DNA of 37,274 nucleotides from Bacteroidales bacterium (lineage in GTDB: Bacteria; Bacteroidota; Bacteroidia; Bacteroidales; UBA4181): contig JAITTD010000068.1 in assembly GCA_031287245.1 (NCBI GenBank), positions 1 through 37,274 of the forward strand, written 5' to 3'. The notes under the pieces were generated by a model. It made no database searches. It was given only the letters and a program-made list of their open reading frames with translations, and was not told the DNA's origin. This document shows positions 8,083-18,657 of this stretch, piece by piece; positions within the stretch are counted from its first letter, which is position 1, and every line of letters starts with the position of its first letter. The position numbers and the translations under genes were made by a program.

Positions 8083-8691
8083 TTAAAACTGACCGATAAA
8101 CCGGGTGATTAATCGCGGGTCTATCAGCAGCGGGAAGGCGAACCCCCAAAGGGCGCCGAGCAAATGGGCGTCGTGGTTGATATTGTCGGCGTTTTTGCGT
8201 GAAGCATACCACGAGTAAACCAAGTACAAGGGTCCGAAAATATAGGCTTTGATGGGTACAATGCCCATGAACAGCAGAGTATTATGCGGTTCGAAAAAGA
8301 TGCTGAAAAAGAGTACGGCAGATACGGCGCCCGAAGCGCCTACCGAACTGTACCACACGTCTTCCTTGTGTTTTTTCAGTGTGGTGAGCGACGACACGAT
8401 GAGCGCCATGATATAAAACGCCAAATACCACACGGATGGGTATTTTATCCAAGTCATGTCCGACATGGCTGAGAAATAGTATTCCACACTTCCGCCAAAG
8501 GAAAACAGCACCAACATATTGACTATCAAATGCACCCAGTCGGCATGAAGCAGCCCGTGCGTAATCAGCCGGTACCATTCCTTGCGGTGATACACCTGAT
8601 AGGGATTGAAAAGCAGTTTGCCAAATATGTCCCTTCGCGAAAAGGCGGCAATGGAAACAACGGCAGTGAGAACAACGATGAAAAGCGTCAT
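8083..8691 (-). CDS. Rhomboid-family intramembrane serine protease
   Basis: 202 aa polytopic membrane protein with HGLLHADWVHLIVNM, a GASGAVSAV catalytic Ser motif and a downstream His (NHDAHLLGALWG). Confidence 0.85.
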   Translation of the reverse strand: MTLFIVVLTAVVSIAAFSRRDIFGKLLFNPYQVYHRKEWYRLITHGLLHADWVHLIVNMLVLFSFGGSVEYYFSAMSDMTWIKYPSVWYLAFYIMALIVSSLTTLKKHKEDVWYSSVGASGAVSAVLFFSIFFEPHNTLLFMGIVPIKAYIFGPLYLVYSWYASRKNADNINHDAHLLGALWGFAFPLLIDPRLITRFIGQF

Positions 8692-8722
8692 ATCTTATTT
8701 ATTTTTATACATTAAATATATG

Positions 8723-9202
8723 TCATTTTTTACTTTCAACGGCATGTTGGATGATCGAGTGGATGATATTCGGCTCGAACCCGCGACCGGCGGCAAAACG
8801 ATACAGTTTTGCATAGACTTCTGCCGGTTGAGCGGCTTTGATGCTTTTGCGCTTTTTGGTCAATTCATCCTGCAAGCGTTGCTGGTATTGATGCTCGTCA
8901 ATATCGGCAAGGGTTTCCTTTATGATGTCCTTTTCTACGCCCTGCATCTGCAACATATAATTGATTTTGATGCGCCCCCATTTGGCAAATCGCAATTTGT
9001 CGTTCACGTAGGCTTCCGTATAACGGCGATTGTCGAGATACTGATTTTCTACCAAATAATCAATGACCGAAACTGCCTCTTCGGGCGGGCAACCCCACGA
9101 AAGGATTTTTTTTCTTATCTCGGAGGTGCAATATTCCTTGCGGGAACAGTAAATCATGGCTTTGTCCCGTATGGCTTTCAGTAAGGGTGCGTCATTCATC
9201 AT
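8723..9202 (-). CDS. recX: RecX-family regulatory protein
   Basis: 159 aa with a RecX-like helical-repeat pattern (ALRYLSRKEYsxxEirkKL-type N-terminus: AMIYCSRKEYCTSEIRKKIL). Sits tightly behind ackA. Confidence 0.8.
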   Translation of the reverse strand: MMNDAPLLKAIRDKAMIYCSRKEYCTSEIRKKILSWGCPPEEAVSVIDYLVENQYLDNRRYTEAYVNDKLRFAKWGRIKINYMLQMQGVEKDIIKETLADIDEHQYQQRLQDELTKKRKSIKAAQPAEVYAKLYRFAAGRGFEPNIIHSIIQHAVESKK

Positions 9203-9204
9203 TT

Positions 9205-10413
9205 TTACTGTTTGCCGCCGACTATCAACGCGGTGTCCCGAGCAATCATCAGTTCTTCATTGGTGGGAATGATGATCGCAGTCACCTTTGAGCCATCTTT
9301 GCTGATAATTTTTTCCTGCCCGCGCACGCCGACATTCTTTGTCTCATCAAATTCCAAGCCGAGAAATTCAAAACCTTTGGCTATTTCGTAACGCGAACTG
9401 TCGGAGTTTTCGCCTATTCCGCCGGTAAATATCACCGTATCCACGCCGCCCATTGCTGCTGCGTAGGAACCTATGTATTTGCGCACACGGTAGTGCAGCA
9501 TATCCAATGCCAGTTGTGCACGCTGGTTGCCTTCTGCAGCGGCAGTTTCCAATTCACGCATATCCGACGACACGCCGCTGATGCCTAATAATCCGCTATG
9601 CTTGTTGATCAGAGAGTTGATGCCGGTGCGGTTGATGTCTTCGCGTTCCATCACGTATGTCATAATGCCCGGATCCAAGTCGCCGCAACGGGTGCCCATC
9701 ACCAAACCTTCCACAGGCGTTAAGCCCATAGAGGTATCCACCGTTTTGCCGTTGATGATGGCAGCCACCGAGGCGCCATTGCCCAAATGGCAGGTGATGA
9801 GTTTTTGCGTGCGCTGTTCGCCCAGAAGTTCCTTTGCCCGTTCCGACACATAGCGGTGGCTTGTGCCGTGAAACCCGTAACGGCGGATGGCGTATTTGGT
9901 GTAGAGCGAATAAGGCAAGGCATACATGAAAGCGTGCTCGGGCATAGTCTGATGAAAGGCAGTATCGAAGGCGCCCACCTGCGGAACGTCGGGCAGGATG
10001 CTTTTCATAGCATAGATGCCGCTCAAATTGGGCGGATTGTGAAGAGGCGCCAACTGGATACATTCCTCAATCTGCTTGACCACCTCATCGGTAATCAGAA
10101 CGCTCGACTTGAATTTCTCCCCCCCGTGCACCACACGGTGTCCCACAGCGTTGATTTCGCAGAAATCGCTGATACAGCCGTGTTCCCTACTGATAAGGAT
10201 GCCCAATATATACTCAATGCCGGCTTGGTGGTCCACCACTTCGCCTTCGAGTGTCACCTTTTTGCCATTTGACTCATGTTTGATAAACGATCCGTTCAGC
10301 CCGATTTTTTCAACCCCTCCTTTTGCCAGAACAACATGGCTGTCCATGTCAAAGAGTTGATATTTAATAGACGAACTTCCACAATTGATAACGATGATTT
10401 TCATGCTATTCAT
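9205..10413 (-). CDS. ackA: Acetate kinase
   Basis: 402 aa with VINCGSSSIKYQLF, GHRVVHGG, FDTAFH and FHGTSH acetate/propionate kinase signatures. Confidence 0.95.
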   Translation of the reverse strand: MNSMKIIVINCGSSSIKYQLFDMDSHVVLAKGGVEKIGLNGSFIKHESNGKKVTLEGEVVDHQAGIEYILGILISREHGCISDFCEINAVGHRVVHGGEKFKSSVLITDEVVKQIEECIQLAPLHNPPNLSGIYAMKSILPDVPQVGAFDTAFHQTMPEHAFMYALPYSLYTKYAIRRYGFHGTSHRYVSERAKELLGEQRTQKLITCHLGNGASVAAIINGKTVDTSMGLTPVEGLVMGTRCGDLDPGIMTYVMEREDINRTGINSLINKHSGLLGISGVSSDMRELETAAAEGNQRAQLALDMLHYRVRKYIGSYAAAMGGVDTVIFTGGIGENSDSSRYEIAKGFEFLGLEFDETKNVGVRGQEKIISKDGSKVTAIIIPTNEELMIARDTALIVGGKQ

Positions 10414-10460
10414 TTTGCTGCAAATGTAGGAAAAAAATCTTATCTACCTTGTAAAAAAAC

Positions 10461-10511
10461 TTTTTTTATGTCACGCGCTTGGATATCTGAAAACTTTCAT
10501 CTACTTTTGTC
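10461..10511 (+). promoter_or_regulatory. Promoter-bearing ~50 bp repeat, copy 2 (-7 box TACTTTTG at 10502-10509), facing the gene at 10552
   Basis: Differs from copy 3 (reverse complement of 29379-29430) at only 1-2 positions over about 45 bp by eye. Confidence 0.65.
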
Positions 10512-10551
10512 ATTAATTTTTAAACCAAATAATAATTTAAATAATTGAGCT

Positions 10552-11148
10552 ATGAAAAAATTGAGTTTAATGGTGATTGGCGCAATGTTACTGACAGCGG
10601 GTGTTTATGCACAAAAGGTAACGCAAGGTTCGCTGAAATTTCTGAAAGGGGAAACGACACTGAATTTCGCCTTCGATTACAGCAACCTGAAAGTGAACGG
10701 GAAACCGGAACAGGCGTATATTGACGCCGAAGTTGCCGTGCGAAACGAAAAAGAAGCAGGCAGCGGGGATACCTGGAAAGAAGAGTGGGCAACATCGTAC
10801 AGGGAAGAATATTTTCAGACCAAAGTGATTGATTATTTCAACCAAACGATGGCAGGAACGATAGAAGGCGGAGTGAAAATCAAAGCCAATTATCAGGCAT
10901 TAGTCAAAACCACCCAGATAGTAACCGGTTATATGGCAGGACCTATTTCCAAGCCCGCTGTGGTGAACGTTGAAGTGATTTTCACAAAGATAGGTTCCGA
11001 CGAGGTGTTAGCCAAAGTGGTGGTTAAAAATGCCAAAACCAATACGTACAATATGGGAGCGCTTGCTACATTGCAAGACCGCATTGCCGGTGCTTATTCG
11101 TATGTCGGACAAAACATTGCAGTGGCTGTGAAAAAAGCGATCAAATAA
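10552..11148 (+). CDS. Secreted protein of unknown function
   Basis: 198 aa with a signal peptide (MKKLSLMVIGAMLLTAGVYAQ). No motif recognised. Followed by a strong terminator. Confidence 0.6.
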   Translation: MKKLSLMVIGAMLLTAGVYAQKVTQGSLKFLKGETTLNFAFDYSNLKVNGKPEQAYIDAEVAVRNEKEAGSGDTWKEEWATSYREEYFQTKVIDYFNQTMAGTIEGGVKIKANYQALVKTTQIVTGYMAGPISKPAVVNVEVIFTKIGSDEVLAKVVVKNAKTNTYNMGALATLQDRIAGAYSYVGQNIAVAVKKAIK

Positions 11149-11170
11149 CGGATCGCTGATGAACTAAAAA

Positions 11171-11209
11171 ACGGACAAACGAATAAAGAAATCGTTTGTC
11201 CGTTTTTTT
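11171..11209. terminator. Bidirectional rho-independent terminator between convergent genes
   Basis: 12 bp perfect stem ACGGACAAACGA / TCGTTTGTCCGT with a 9 nt loop, preceded by an A-run and followed by a T-run. Confidence 0.75.
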
Positions 11210-11222
11210 GTACCATCACTTC

Positions 11223-12878
11223 TTATATCACCTCTATTCCCTGTTTTTTTAGCATATCCAGCGCTATATCCTTGAGTTTGAATTTTTGTATTTTGCCGCT
11301 GCCGGTCATTGGGAAGTCATCTACAAAGAAGACATATTTCGGAATTTTGTGTCGCGCAATCTGTCCGCGGCAAAAATCTTTGACAATCACGTCAGTAAGC
11401 GTTGCTCCGGGATGCGTGATGATGAAAGCGCCTACTTCCTCGCCGTATTTGGGCGATGCCACCGCCACCACCTGCACGTCTTTCACGCCTTCCAGATGAT
11501 AGAGATATTCTTCTATTTCGCGAGGATAAATGTTTTCGCCGCCGCGAATAATCATGTCCTTGATGCGCCCCGTTACCCGATAGTTGCCGTCTTTGTCGCG
11601 AATACCCAGGTCGCCTGAATGCAGGAAGCCGTTTTTATCGATTACTTCGGCGGTGGCTTGCGGATTGTTGTAATAACCTTTCATGACGTTGTACCCGCGA
11701 CTGCACAGTTCGCCCTGCACCTCGTCGGGCAACACATCGCCGGTTTCGGGGTCAATCACAGCCACTTCGGTAAACTCAAACTCGCGTCCTACTGTGGTGC
11801 AGCGCACTTCAAACGAGTCGTCCACGCGGGTTTGCGTCATTCCGGGCGATGTCTCCGTCAGTCCATACACGCTGGTTACGTTCAAGTACATTTTTTCGTT
11901 CACCCGTTTCATCAGTTCGACAGGACACAGCGCTCCTGCCATGATGCCGGTGCGAAGGCAGGTCAAGTCGAACATATCGAACATCGGATGGTTCAGTTCG
12001 GCGATAAACATAGTGGGAACGCCATACAGCGCCGTGCATCTCTCCCTGTGAACGGATGCCAGCACTGTCAAAGGGTCGAATTTTTCCACCATCACCTGCG
12101 TACAGCCGTGCGTGAGCACATTCATACTCGCCAGTACCACGCCAAAGCAGTGGAAGAGCGGCACGCACACACAAAGTTTGTCGGCGGCGGTAAATTTCAT
12201 GTGTTCGCCTGTCAAAAAGCCGTTGTTGGCGATATTGTGGTGAGTAAGCATCACTCCTTTGGGGAATCCTGTCGTACCCGAAGTGTATTGCATATTCACG
12301 ATGTCGTGACAGGTGATCTTGTTTTTGGCTTCCAGCAACACATCGTCGCTGATATTTTGCCCCAGCAGCAACAGTTCCGAGGTGTTGTACAGTCCGCGAT
12401 ATTTCTCCTGCCCGATATATACCACGTTTTTGAGGCGTGGAAATCGTTCGCTTTTGGCAAAACCGCGTTGCGACTCCCGCAGTTCGGGCATCATGGTATA
12501 TACCATGTCCACGTAATTGCCGTCGAACACGCCTTCGGTAATGCACAGGGTGTGAATATCAGAGTCCTGCATGAGGAACTCCAGTTCGTTTTGTTTGTAA
12601 CTCGTGTTGACAGTAACCGCCACAGCGCCCAACTTTGCACTTGCATAGAGAAAGGTAAGCCAGTCGGGCACATTGGTAGCCCAGATGCCCACGTGCGTGC
12701 CTTTTTCCACGCCGATAGACATCAGTCCCTTCGCCATGTCGTCCACACGCTGATTAAATTCTTTCCACGAAAACCGCAGGTCGCGGTCGGAATAAACGAG
12801 AAATTCCTTGTCGGGCGTAGTTTCTGCCCAATGTTCGAGCCACTGCCCGAGCGTACGGTCATATAATTGCAGTTCCAT
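11223..12878 (-). CDS. AMP-dependent acyl-CoA synthetase/ligase (fatty-acid-CoA ligase family)
   Basis: 551 aa with the AMP-binding motif [18 protein letters not shown], and GYNVMKGYY...TGD...GR.KD downstream. Confidence 0.9.
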   Translation of the reverse strand: MELQLYDRTLGQWLEHWAETTPDKEFLVYSDRDLRFSWKEFNQRVDDMAKGLMSIGVEKGTHVGIWATNVPDWLTFLYASAKLGAVAVTVNTSYKQNELEFLMQDSDIHTLCITEGVFDGNYVDMVYTMMPELRESQRGFAKSERFPRLKNVVYIGQEKYRGLYNTSELLLLGQNISDDVLLEAKNKITCHDIVNMQYTSGTTGFPKGVMLTHHNIANNGFLTGEHMKFTAADKLCVCVPLFHCFGVVLASMNVLTHGCTQVMVEKFDPLTVLASVHRERCTALYGVPTMFIAELNHPMFDMFDLTCLRTGIMAGALCPVELMKRVNEKMYLNVTSVYGLTETSPGMTQTRVDDSFEVRCTTVGREFEFTEVAVIDPETGDVLPDEVQGELCSRGYNVMKGYYNNPQATAEVIDKNGFLHSGDLGIRDKDGNYRVTGRIKDMIIRGGENIYPREIEEYLYHLEGVKDVQVVAVASPKYGEEVGAFIITHPGATLTDVIVKDFCRGQIARHKIPKYVFFVDDFPMTGSGKIQKFKLKDIALDMLKKQGIEVI

Positions 12879-12894
12879 TCGGTATGATTATTAT

Positions 12895-13473
12895 TTAAAA
12901 AGGAGCATAAACCACGCCAAGTATTTTGGCAGCGCTGTTATTGGCGGCGTGCACGTTGTGCTGAATGATAGAGTCGTAATAGATGCTGTCGCCGGCTTGC
13001 AGCACGTAAGTGTCTTTTCCGTAATTGATTTCTATGCTTCCCTCCAGCACGTAGATGAACTCCTCGCCTTCGTGGGACGACAAATCATACTTCGCTTCTT
13101 TCGATGGGGTAATGTCAATGAAAAAAGGCTCCATGTGGCGGCTTGATTTGTCCTGCGACAGGGCAAAATACTCCATGTTCCCACGCGACACAGAATCGCC
13201 GGCAAAACGAATGCTGTTCTTTGTGCTGTTTTCCGTGCTGCGGGTAATCACAGGTCCCAATTCTGTTTGGTCGTCAAGGAAGGTACCCAATCGAACGCCC
13301 AGCACGCGGGCTATTTTGATGAGCGGCGACAGGGATGGGAAATCCTGCTTATTCTCAATACGCTCAATCTGTTCCTTGCTCAATCCAGAGCGTTCCGCCA
13401 CTTCGAGGGCGGACAAACTCTTTGATTCTCTGATTGCTTTTACTTTTTCGCCAATTTTTTTATTGCTATCCAT
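12895..13473 (-). CDS. XRE-family HTH transcriptional regulator with a C-terminal cupin domain
   Basis: The ATG at 13473 is preferred to the upstream TTG. An N-terminal HTH (IGEKVKAIRESKSLSALEVAERSGLSKEQIERIEN) is followed by a cupin-like C-terminus (HEGEEFIYVLEGSIEI...GDSIYYDS..H). Confidence 0.8.
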   Translation of the reverse strand: MDSNKKIGEKVKAIRESKSLSALEVAERSGLSKEQIERIENKQDFPSLSPLIKIARVLGVRLGTFLDDQTELGPVITRSTENSTKNSIRFAGDSVSRGNMEYFALSQDKSSRHMEPFFIDITPSKEAKYDLSSHEGEEFIYVLEGSIEINYGKDTYVLQAGDSIYYDSIIQHNVHAANNSAAKILGVVYAPF

Positions 13474-13631
13474 ACACAGATTTTTTTTAAGTAACAAGGC
13501 GCAAAATTAAATAAAAAATAAGTATTTCAAAAATTTCGCGCCCTTTCCACAGGGTCAACGCATTAAAATTTGTAGGTATTGATTCCTGCGATAACCCCTA
13601 CACCGGTGCAAATCGTCGCAGGATTTGAAAA

Positions 13632-14927
13632 TCACGCTTCAATACAAAACGCAGCATAGAGTGGTACTGATTTTATCCCATTTTCAAAGCCGAAATTTTT
13701 CTTCGAGATGCGGATGCCATACGGGCATTTATATTTCTCCATGAACATACCAAAACTTTTGGAACGTATTCTAATTCCGTTTTTGACCTCAACAGGAATC
13801 ACGTCCACGCCTTTTTGGATGACAAAATCCACCTCGGCGGTATTGTCATTTTTCCAATAGAGCAAGGGTATCAGATTGGCAGCAAATGCTTGTGCTACAT
13901 AATTTTCGGCAATCGCTCCCATAAATTGATTGTTTGTTTCAAGGGGTGATAAAATCGCTTGCGTCCCCATTCCCGACCGCATGACAAGCATGCCGACATC
14001 AGACAGATAGAGTTTGAAATCGCTCAAATCAACATACACTTTAATCGGCATGGTTCCGTGTGCTGTTTTTTGGCATTTCAAAATAACGCCTGCGTATTTG
14101 AGCCAGTCGATGGATTCACCGAAAATAGTGGCGCTCCCTCCTTTTTGAACCACATTGTATTGGAATTTGTGATTCTCTTTTGCCAACTGCGCGGGAATCG
14201 ATTCATAGCAGGCGCGCACCTTGATGCTGGTAGCCGATTCGGCATATTTTGACATATCGGCGATATATTCATTCAATATCCTGTTTTGAATATCCGCAAC
14301 TGCCACAAAACTGTTGCTTGCCACAAATTCCTTCACGGCAGCAGGCATACCGCCGACAATCAGATAGTGATTGTAAAGGTCTATCACTGTTGAATGTATA
14401 TCCAAAGGTTCGTTCGTCTCGTAATGCGCTCGAATAGCATTGGCAAAATTTTCTCTCCCCATTGCCCATAAAAATTCCTCAAAATCCATTGGAAACAGAT
14501 TTATTTCATCGACTTTACCCACCGGAAATGAATATTTTTTGCGGTTGACAGCCACGCCAAGCAGCGAACCGGCAGCCACAACGTGATATTCGGGCGCTTG
14601 TTCGCAAAAATATTTCAATGAAGTCAAAGCGCTTTCGCACGCTTGAATTTCATCGAAAACAATGACGGTTTTACCCGGAATAATTCGCTGCAAATGAACA
14701 GATTCCAAGTATTGAATAATCGGCACAGGCGTGATGTTCTCCTCTAATTTCGCTGCTAAGGCTTTGTCGGTTTCCAAATTGACAATAATGTAATTGTCAA
14801 ACTCTTGCTTGCCGAACTCTCGCAAAATATAACTTTTACCTACCTGTCGGGCACCGTTGACAATCAAAGGCATTCTGCTTGACTGATTTTTCCATTTGAC
14901 TAAACCGTCATAAATTTTCCGTTTCAT
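13632..14927 (-). CDS. AAA-family ATPase (AAA_14/DUF4143-type ATP-binding protein)
   Basis: 431 aa with Walker A (GARQVGKS) and Walker B (VIVFDEIQ). The overall pattern is that of the widespread DUF4143 ATPases. Confidence 0.8.
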   Translation of the reverse strand: MKRKIYDGLVKWKNQSSRMPLIVNGARQVGKSYILREFGKQEFDNYIIVNLETDKALAAKLEENITPVPIIQYLESVHLQRIIPGKTVIVFDEIQACESALTSLKYFCEQAPEYHVVAAGSLLGVAVNRKKYSFPVGKVDEINLFPMDFEEFLWAMGRENFANAIRAHYETNEPLDIHSTVIDLYNHYLIVGGMPAAVKEFVASNSFVAVADIQNRILNEYIADMSKYAESATSIKVRACYESIPAQLAKENHKFQYNVVQKGGSATIFGESIDWLKYAGVILKCQKTAHGTMPIKVYVDLSDFKLYLSDVGMLVMRSGMGTQAILSPLETNNQFMGAIAENYVAQAFAANLIPLLYWKNDNTAEVDFVIQKGVDVIPVEVKNGIRIRSKSFGMFMEKYKCPYGIRISKKNFGFENGIKSVPLYAAFCIEA

Positions 14928-14957
14928 TATGCGTCATAAAAATTTCTGCAAAGATAC

Positions 14958-15006
14958 TTTTATCTATGGAAAAATCAAAATTTGATGTATTTTTCCATAG
15001 ATAAAA
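14958..15006. promoter_or_regulatory. Perfect 18 bp inverted repeat (TTTTATCTATGGAAAAAT-N13-ATTTTTCCATAGATAAAA) abutting the -7 box of the ATPase gene
   Basis: The arms are exact reverse complements. The -7 box TATCTTTG (minus, 14949-14956) lies 1 nt away. It could be an operator or the pepD terminator. Confidence 0.6.
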
Positions 15007-15066
15007 ATCTGAAACCTCATTTAATTTTTAATGTCTTTGCCCTGATTTTTAAGCGTTGCCCCTGAC

Positions 15067-15226
15067 ATAACCACGTATAACTATGTATAACCACGTATAA
15101 CTATGTATAACAACCTATAACCACGTATAACCACGTATAACAACCTATAACAACCTATAACAACCTATAACAACCTATAACCATGTATAACCACCTATAA
15201 CCATGTATAACCACTTATAACCCTGT
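15067..15226. repeat. 16 tandem units with an exact 10 bp period (ATAACNNNNT: ataaccacgt, ataactatgt, ataacaacct...)
   Basis: Direct reading; ATAA recurs every 10 bp without an indel. The array ends 3 nt from the pepD stop codon. Confidence 0.95.
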
Positions 15227-15229
15227 ATT

Positions 15230-16681
15230 TCACACCGCTTTCAGTGTCTCCACCAAGTATTTCCAAAACTGCGCCACCGTTGGGATGTTCACTTTTTCGC
15301 CGGGCGAATGTGGGTGCAGGATGGTGGGACCGCAAGAAATAAACTCCATTTCGGGATAGTTTTTGCCAAAAATGGCACATTCCAATCCGGCATGAATCAC
15401 CTTCACAGTTGCCTCTTTTTGAAAGGATTTTTTGTAGGTGTCCTTCATAACGGACAGTATCTTAGAGTTGAAGTTGGGACGCCATCCCGGATAGCCACCG
15501 CTCAGTTCCGCCTTGCTTCCAGCCAATTCTGCCAAAGCGGCGATTTCTTCTGCCAGCGCCTCTTTTGCCGAATCAACCGAACTGCGCAGCAAACAAGCGA
15601 TATTTACCGCTTTGCCGTCGGATTTTACAATGGCTAAATTGGTGGAAGTTTCCACCACATCGGGCATATCGGCAATCATGCGCTGTGCTCCGTTTGGCAT
15701 AACGAGTATCGTGTTGATGATTTTATCCTGCGATGCCTTGTTGATGACTGTTGCGGGCAATGAGGTTTTTTCGGCTGTGAAAATGATGCCCTGTTCCACT
15801 CCGTCCAATTCGGTGGTGATCGTTTTCAGGAAACCGGCTGTATATGCTTGCAAATCGGCGCTTTTGGCAGTCGGCACAGTGATAACCGCTGTGGCTTCAC
15901 GCGGAATGGCGTTGCGCATATTGCCCCCTTCGATGGATGCCAGCCGCACATCGTATTTCGCTGCGGCGTTCCACAGATAACGCGCCAGAATTTTGTTGGC
16001 ATTGCCCCTGCCTATGTTGATGTCGGTGCCGGAATGTCCGCCTTTCAAGCCGGTCAGCGTCAGTTTGCAGGCTTCGGTTGTTTTGTCGGGCGTTTCGCTG
16101 TCGTAGGGTATGGCTATGGTCAGGTTGACGCCGCCTGCGCAACCGATGCACAGTTCGCCTTCTTCCTCCGAATCAAGATTGAGAAAGAAAGAGCCTTTCA
16201 ACACCCCGGCTTGCAATCCGTTAGCGCCGGTCATGCCTGTTTCTTCGTCAATGGTGAAAAGCGCCTCAATGGGTCCATGTGCGAGGTCTTTCGCTTCGAG
16301 CACCGCCAAAGATGCCGCTACGCCGATGCCGTTGTCCGAACCCAGCGTGGTGCCGCGGGCTTTCACCCAGTCACCATCCACATACGGATGTATCGGGTCT
16401 TTCTCGAAATCATGCTGCACATCGTTGTTTTTCTGCGGCACCATATCCAAATGGGATTGCAGCACAACGCCCGGGCGGTTTTCCATTCCTGCCGTTGCCG
16501 GTTTTCGGATAATCACATTGCCGGTCGCGTCAACAGTATAGTCCAACCCCTGTGCGATGGCAAAATTCTTCACAAATTCCACCGCTTTGGCTTCCTTTTT
16601 CGATGGGCGCGGGATAGCGCTCAATGCTGCAAAATGCTTCCACAAAAGTTGTGGTTCTAAGGTATTTAATTCTTTACTCAT
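15230..16681 (-). CDS. pepD: Aminoacyl-histidine dipeptidase (M20C, PepD-like)
   Basis: The start at 16681 (MSKELNTLEPQLLWKHF...) is preferred to the upstream ATG. HLDMV, DNGIG and IDEETGMTGA motifs are present. Confidence 0.85.
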   Translation of the reverse strand: MSKELNTLEPQLLWKHFAALSAIPRPSKKEAKAVEFVKNFAIAQGLDYTVDATGNVIIRKPATAGMENRPGVVLQSHLDMVPQKNNDVQHDFEKDPIHPYVDGDWVKARGTTLGSDNGIGVAASLAVLEAKDLAHGPIEALFTIDEETGMTGANGLQAGVLKGSFFLNLDSEEEGELCIGCAGGVNLTIAIPYDSETPDKTTEACKLTLTGLKGGHSGTDINIGRGNANKILARYLWNAAAKYDVRLASIEGGNMRNAIPREATAVITVPTAKSADLQAYTAGFLKTITTELDGVEQGIIFTAEKTSLPATVINKASQDKIINTILVMPNGAQRMIADMPDVVETSTNLAIVKSDGKAVNIACLLRSSVDSAKEALAEEIAALAELAGSKAELSGGYPGWRPNFNSKILSVMKDTYKKSFQKEATVKVIHAGLECAIFGKNYPEMEFISCGPTILHPHSPGEKVNIPTVAQFWKYLVETLKAV

Positions 16682-16736
16682 GGTTCTTTTATTTATTTTT
16701 TGGGTTGTAAAGGTACATTTATTTTTGATAAAATCA

Positions 16737-17444
16737 CTAATCATTCATAATTATTCCTTCGCTATACACCGGCACAATGTCCGTCAGGTCGATGGTGTGG
16801 CAATAGGGAATCGTGTCTGCGGCGTTGATTTTTCGCAGGCGTTCGTTTTGGGCTGCCTTTTTGATGTAGCCCATCAGGTCGGCTTTTGCCAGCGACCAAA
16901 GATCCATAGCCGCCAGAGCGCTGTCGCATACGGTGGTGAATTTGCCGGTATCCGTCAGTCGTTGCGCCACTGCACCTGCAAACACAGCGTCTTCCAAGTT
17001 AAATCGTCCTTTCCAGCCGGCGCAAAGCAGGAAAACATCACTGTCCCCCGCTTCGAGCCATCGGCATACTGCGCTGAGGTTGAGGTAACTGCCCACTGCC
17101 ACACGTCGGCATTGTGCAGCCGTATTGATAGTGTGCGTTCCGTTGGTAGTGCTGTAAGCAATGGTTTTCCCCGCCACCCGTTCGCGAGTAAAATATTTCG
17201 GAGAGTTGCCGATGTCTGCAAAATCAAGTTTGACGCCATCCCGTTCGGCAGCAATGATATACCTTCCCACGTAAGTTTTCAATTCTTCGATGGTGCTGAC
17301 GGGGATTACCCGTTCCGCTCCGTTCATAAATGCAGTGCAAATGGAAGATGTGGCGCGAAGCACGTCAATAGCCACAGCATTGCAGCCCTCGTGAGGATAG
17401 GATGGAAACTGAACAGGGGTAAAACAAACGTTGATTTGATGCAT
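16737..17444 (-). CDS. comB: 2-phosphosulfolactate phosphatase (ComB) family protein
   Basis: 235 aa with the [20 protein letters not shown] and STTNGT motifs that I recall for the ComB family. Confidence 0.75.
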   Translation of the reverse strand: MHQINVCFTPVQFPSYPHEGCNAVAIDVLRATSSICTAFMNGAERVIPVSTIEELKTYVGRYIIAAERDGVKLDFADIGNSPKYFTRERVAGKTIAYSTTNGTHTINTAAQCRRVAVGSYLNLSAVCRWLEAGDSDVFLLCAGWKGRFNLEDAVFAGAVAQRLTDTGKFTTVCDSALAAMDLWSLAKADLMGYIKKAAQNERLRKINAADTIPYCHTIDLTDIVPVYSEGIIMND

Positions 17445-17571
17445 AACAATTCAGAATGGAAATACAAAAATAATGCTTATTATCGGAATAAAGACCAATC
17501 CACTAAATCTTTTTTCTTTTATTGCTGGAAAAACTGTAATTTTGTTTGATAATGATAATGATAAAATTTCG

Positions 17572-18657
17572 ATGAAAAGTACCGTATTTGAAGCAATCCA
17601 TCAACAATTGGGCGCAAAAATGTTGCCCTTTGCAGGATTCAATATGCCCATTGAATATTCGGGCATCAACCACGAGCATATTACAGTGAGAGAGGGCGTT
17701 GGTGTGTTCGATGTGTCGCACATGGGCGAAATTTGGGTGAAAGGACCCAAGGCGTTGGAACTTATCCAGTATGTTGCCAGCAACGACGCTTCCGTGCTGT
17801 CTGCTGGCAAAGTGCAGTATTCCTGCCTGCCCAACGGCAAAGGCGGCATCGTAGATGATATCCTCGTGTATTGCTACGACAAACAGAAATATCTCTTGGT
17901 GGTGAATGCCGCCAACACCGCCAAGGATTGGGCATGGATACAAGCCAACAACCACGTTGGCGCAACATTGGAAAATGCATCGGACAGCATGTCCCAATTG
18001 GCAGTGCAGGGACCGAAAGCCATCGCAGCCATGCAAAAACTGACTTCCCTTGACCTTAGCGCCATACCTTACTACTCATTCATAACGGGCGAGTTTGCAG
18101 GCGTGCGCGACGTCATTATCTCGGCAACGGGCTATACCGGTGCAGGCGGTTTCGAGTTGTATTTCTACAATGCCGATGGCGTAAAAATATGGAATGCCTT
18201 GTTTGAAGCAGGCAAGGAAGAAGGCATCCTTCCCATCGGGCTGGCTGCCCGTGATACGCTGCGACTGGAAAAGGGTTTTTGTCTCTACGGCAACGATATA
18301 GACAATACCACTTCGCCCATCGAAGCCGGTTTGGGCTGGATTACCAAATTTTCTCCCGACAAAGACTTTATTGACAAAGCCTTCTTGCAGGAGCAAAAAG
18401 CGAAAGGTGTTGCCCGTAAATTAGCAGGCTTAGCAATGATTGACCGCGGCATTCCACGCCATGGCTACGATATCACCAACGCTGCGGGCAACAAAATCGG
18501 TCATATCACCTCCGGCACCATGTCGCCATGCCTCAAAACAGGCATTGGAATGGGTTATGTAGCATCGGAATACGCCGCAATCGGCACCACAGTATTCATT
18601 TCCATCCGCGACAAACTGCTAAAAGCCCAAGTGGTAAAAATGCCGTTTGTCAATTAA
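17572..18657 (+). CDS. gcvT: Glycine cleavage system aminomethyltransferase T
   Basis: The ATG at 17572 ([29 protein letters not shown]) lies downstream of the -7 box TAATTTTG (17537-17544). The GcvT pattern includes FDVSHMG. Confidence 0.9.
   Translation: MKSTVFEAIHQQLGAKMLPFAGFNMPIEYSGINHEHITVREGVGVFDVSHMGEIWVKGPKALELIQYVASNDASVLSAGKVQYSCLPNGKGGIVDDILVYCYDKQKYLLVVNAANTAKDWAWIQANNHVGATLENASDSMSQLAVQGPKAIAAMQKLTSLDLSAIPYYSFITGEFAGVRDVIISATGYTGAGGFELYFYNADGVKIWNALFEAGKEEGILPIGLAARDTLRLEKGFCLYGNDIDNTTSPIEAGLGWITKFSPDKDFIDKAFLQEQKAKGVARKLAGLAMIDRGIPRHGYDITNAAGNKIGHITSGTMSPCLKTGIGMGYVASEYAAIGTTVFISIRDKLLKAQVVKMPFVN

Noticed and set aside
9205-10413. ackA without an adjacent pta as an anomaly
   Set aside because: Unlinked ackA and pta genes are common. 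Nothing in the sequence suggests disruption.
11619-12866. Long antisense ORFs opposite real genes (also 5233-6420, 15848-16660, 16557-17549, 20996-22003, 22559-23491, 25274-26281, 27943-29211, 29422-30519 and 31456-32634)
   Set aside because: They are shadow ORFs on the strand opposite genes with clear family signatures. Their translations are low-complexity (H/R/G/F-rich) with no recognisable motifs.
15067-15226. Tandem arrays (also 6515-6596, 34166-34290 and 36977-37240) considered as CRISPR arrays
   Set aside because: The units are 10-11 bp and directly abutting, with no unique spacers. No cas genes are in the window.
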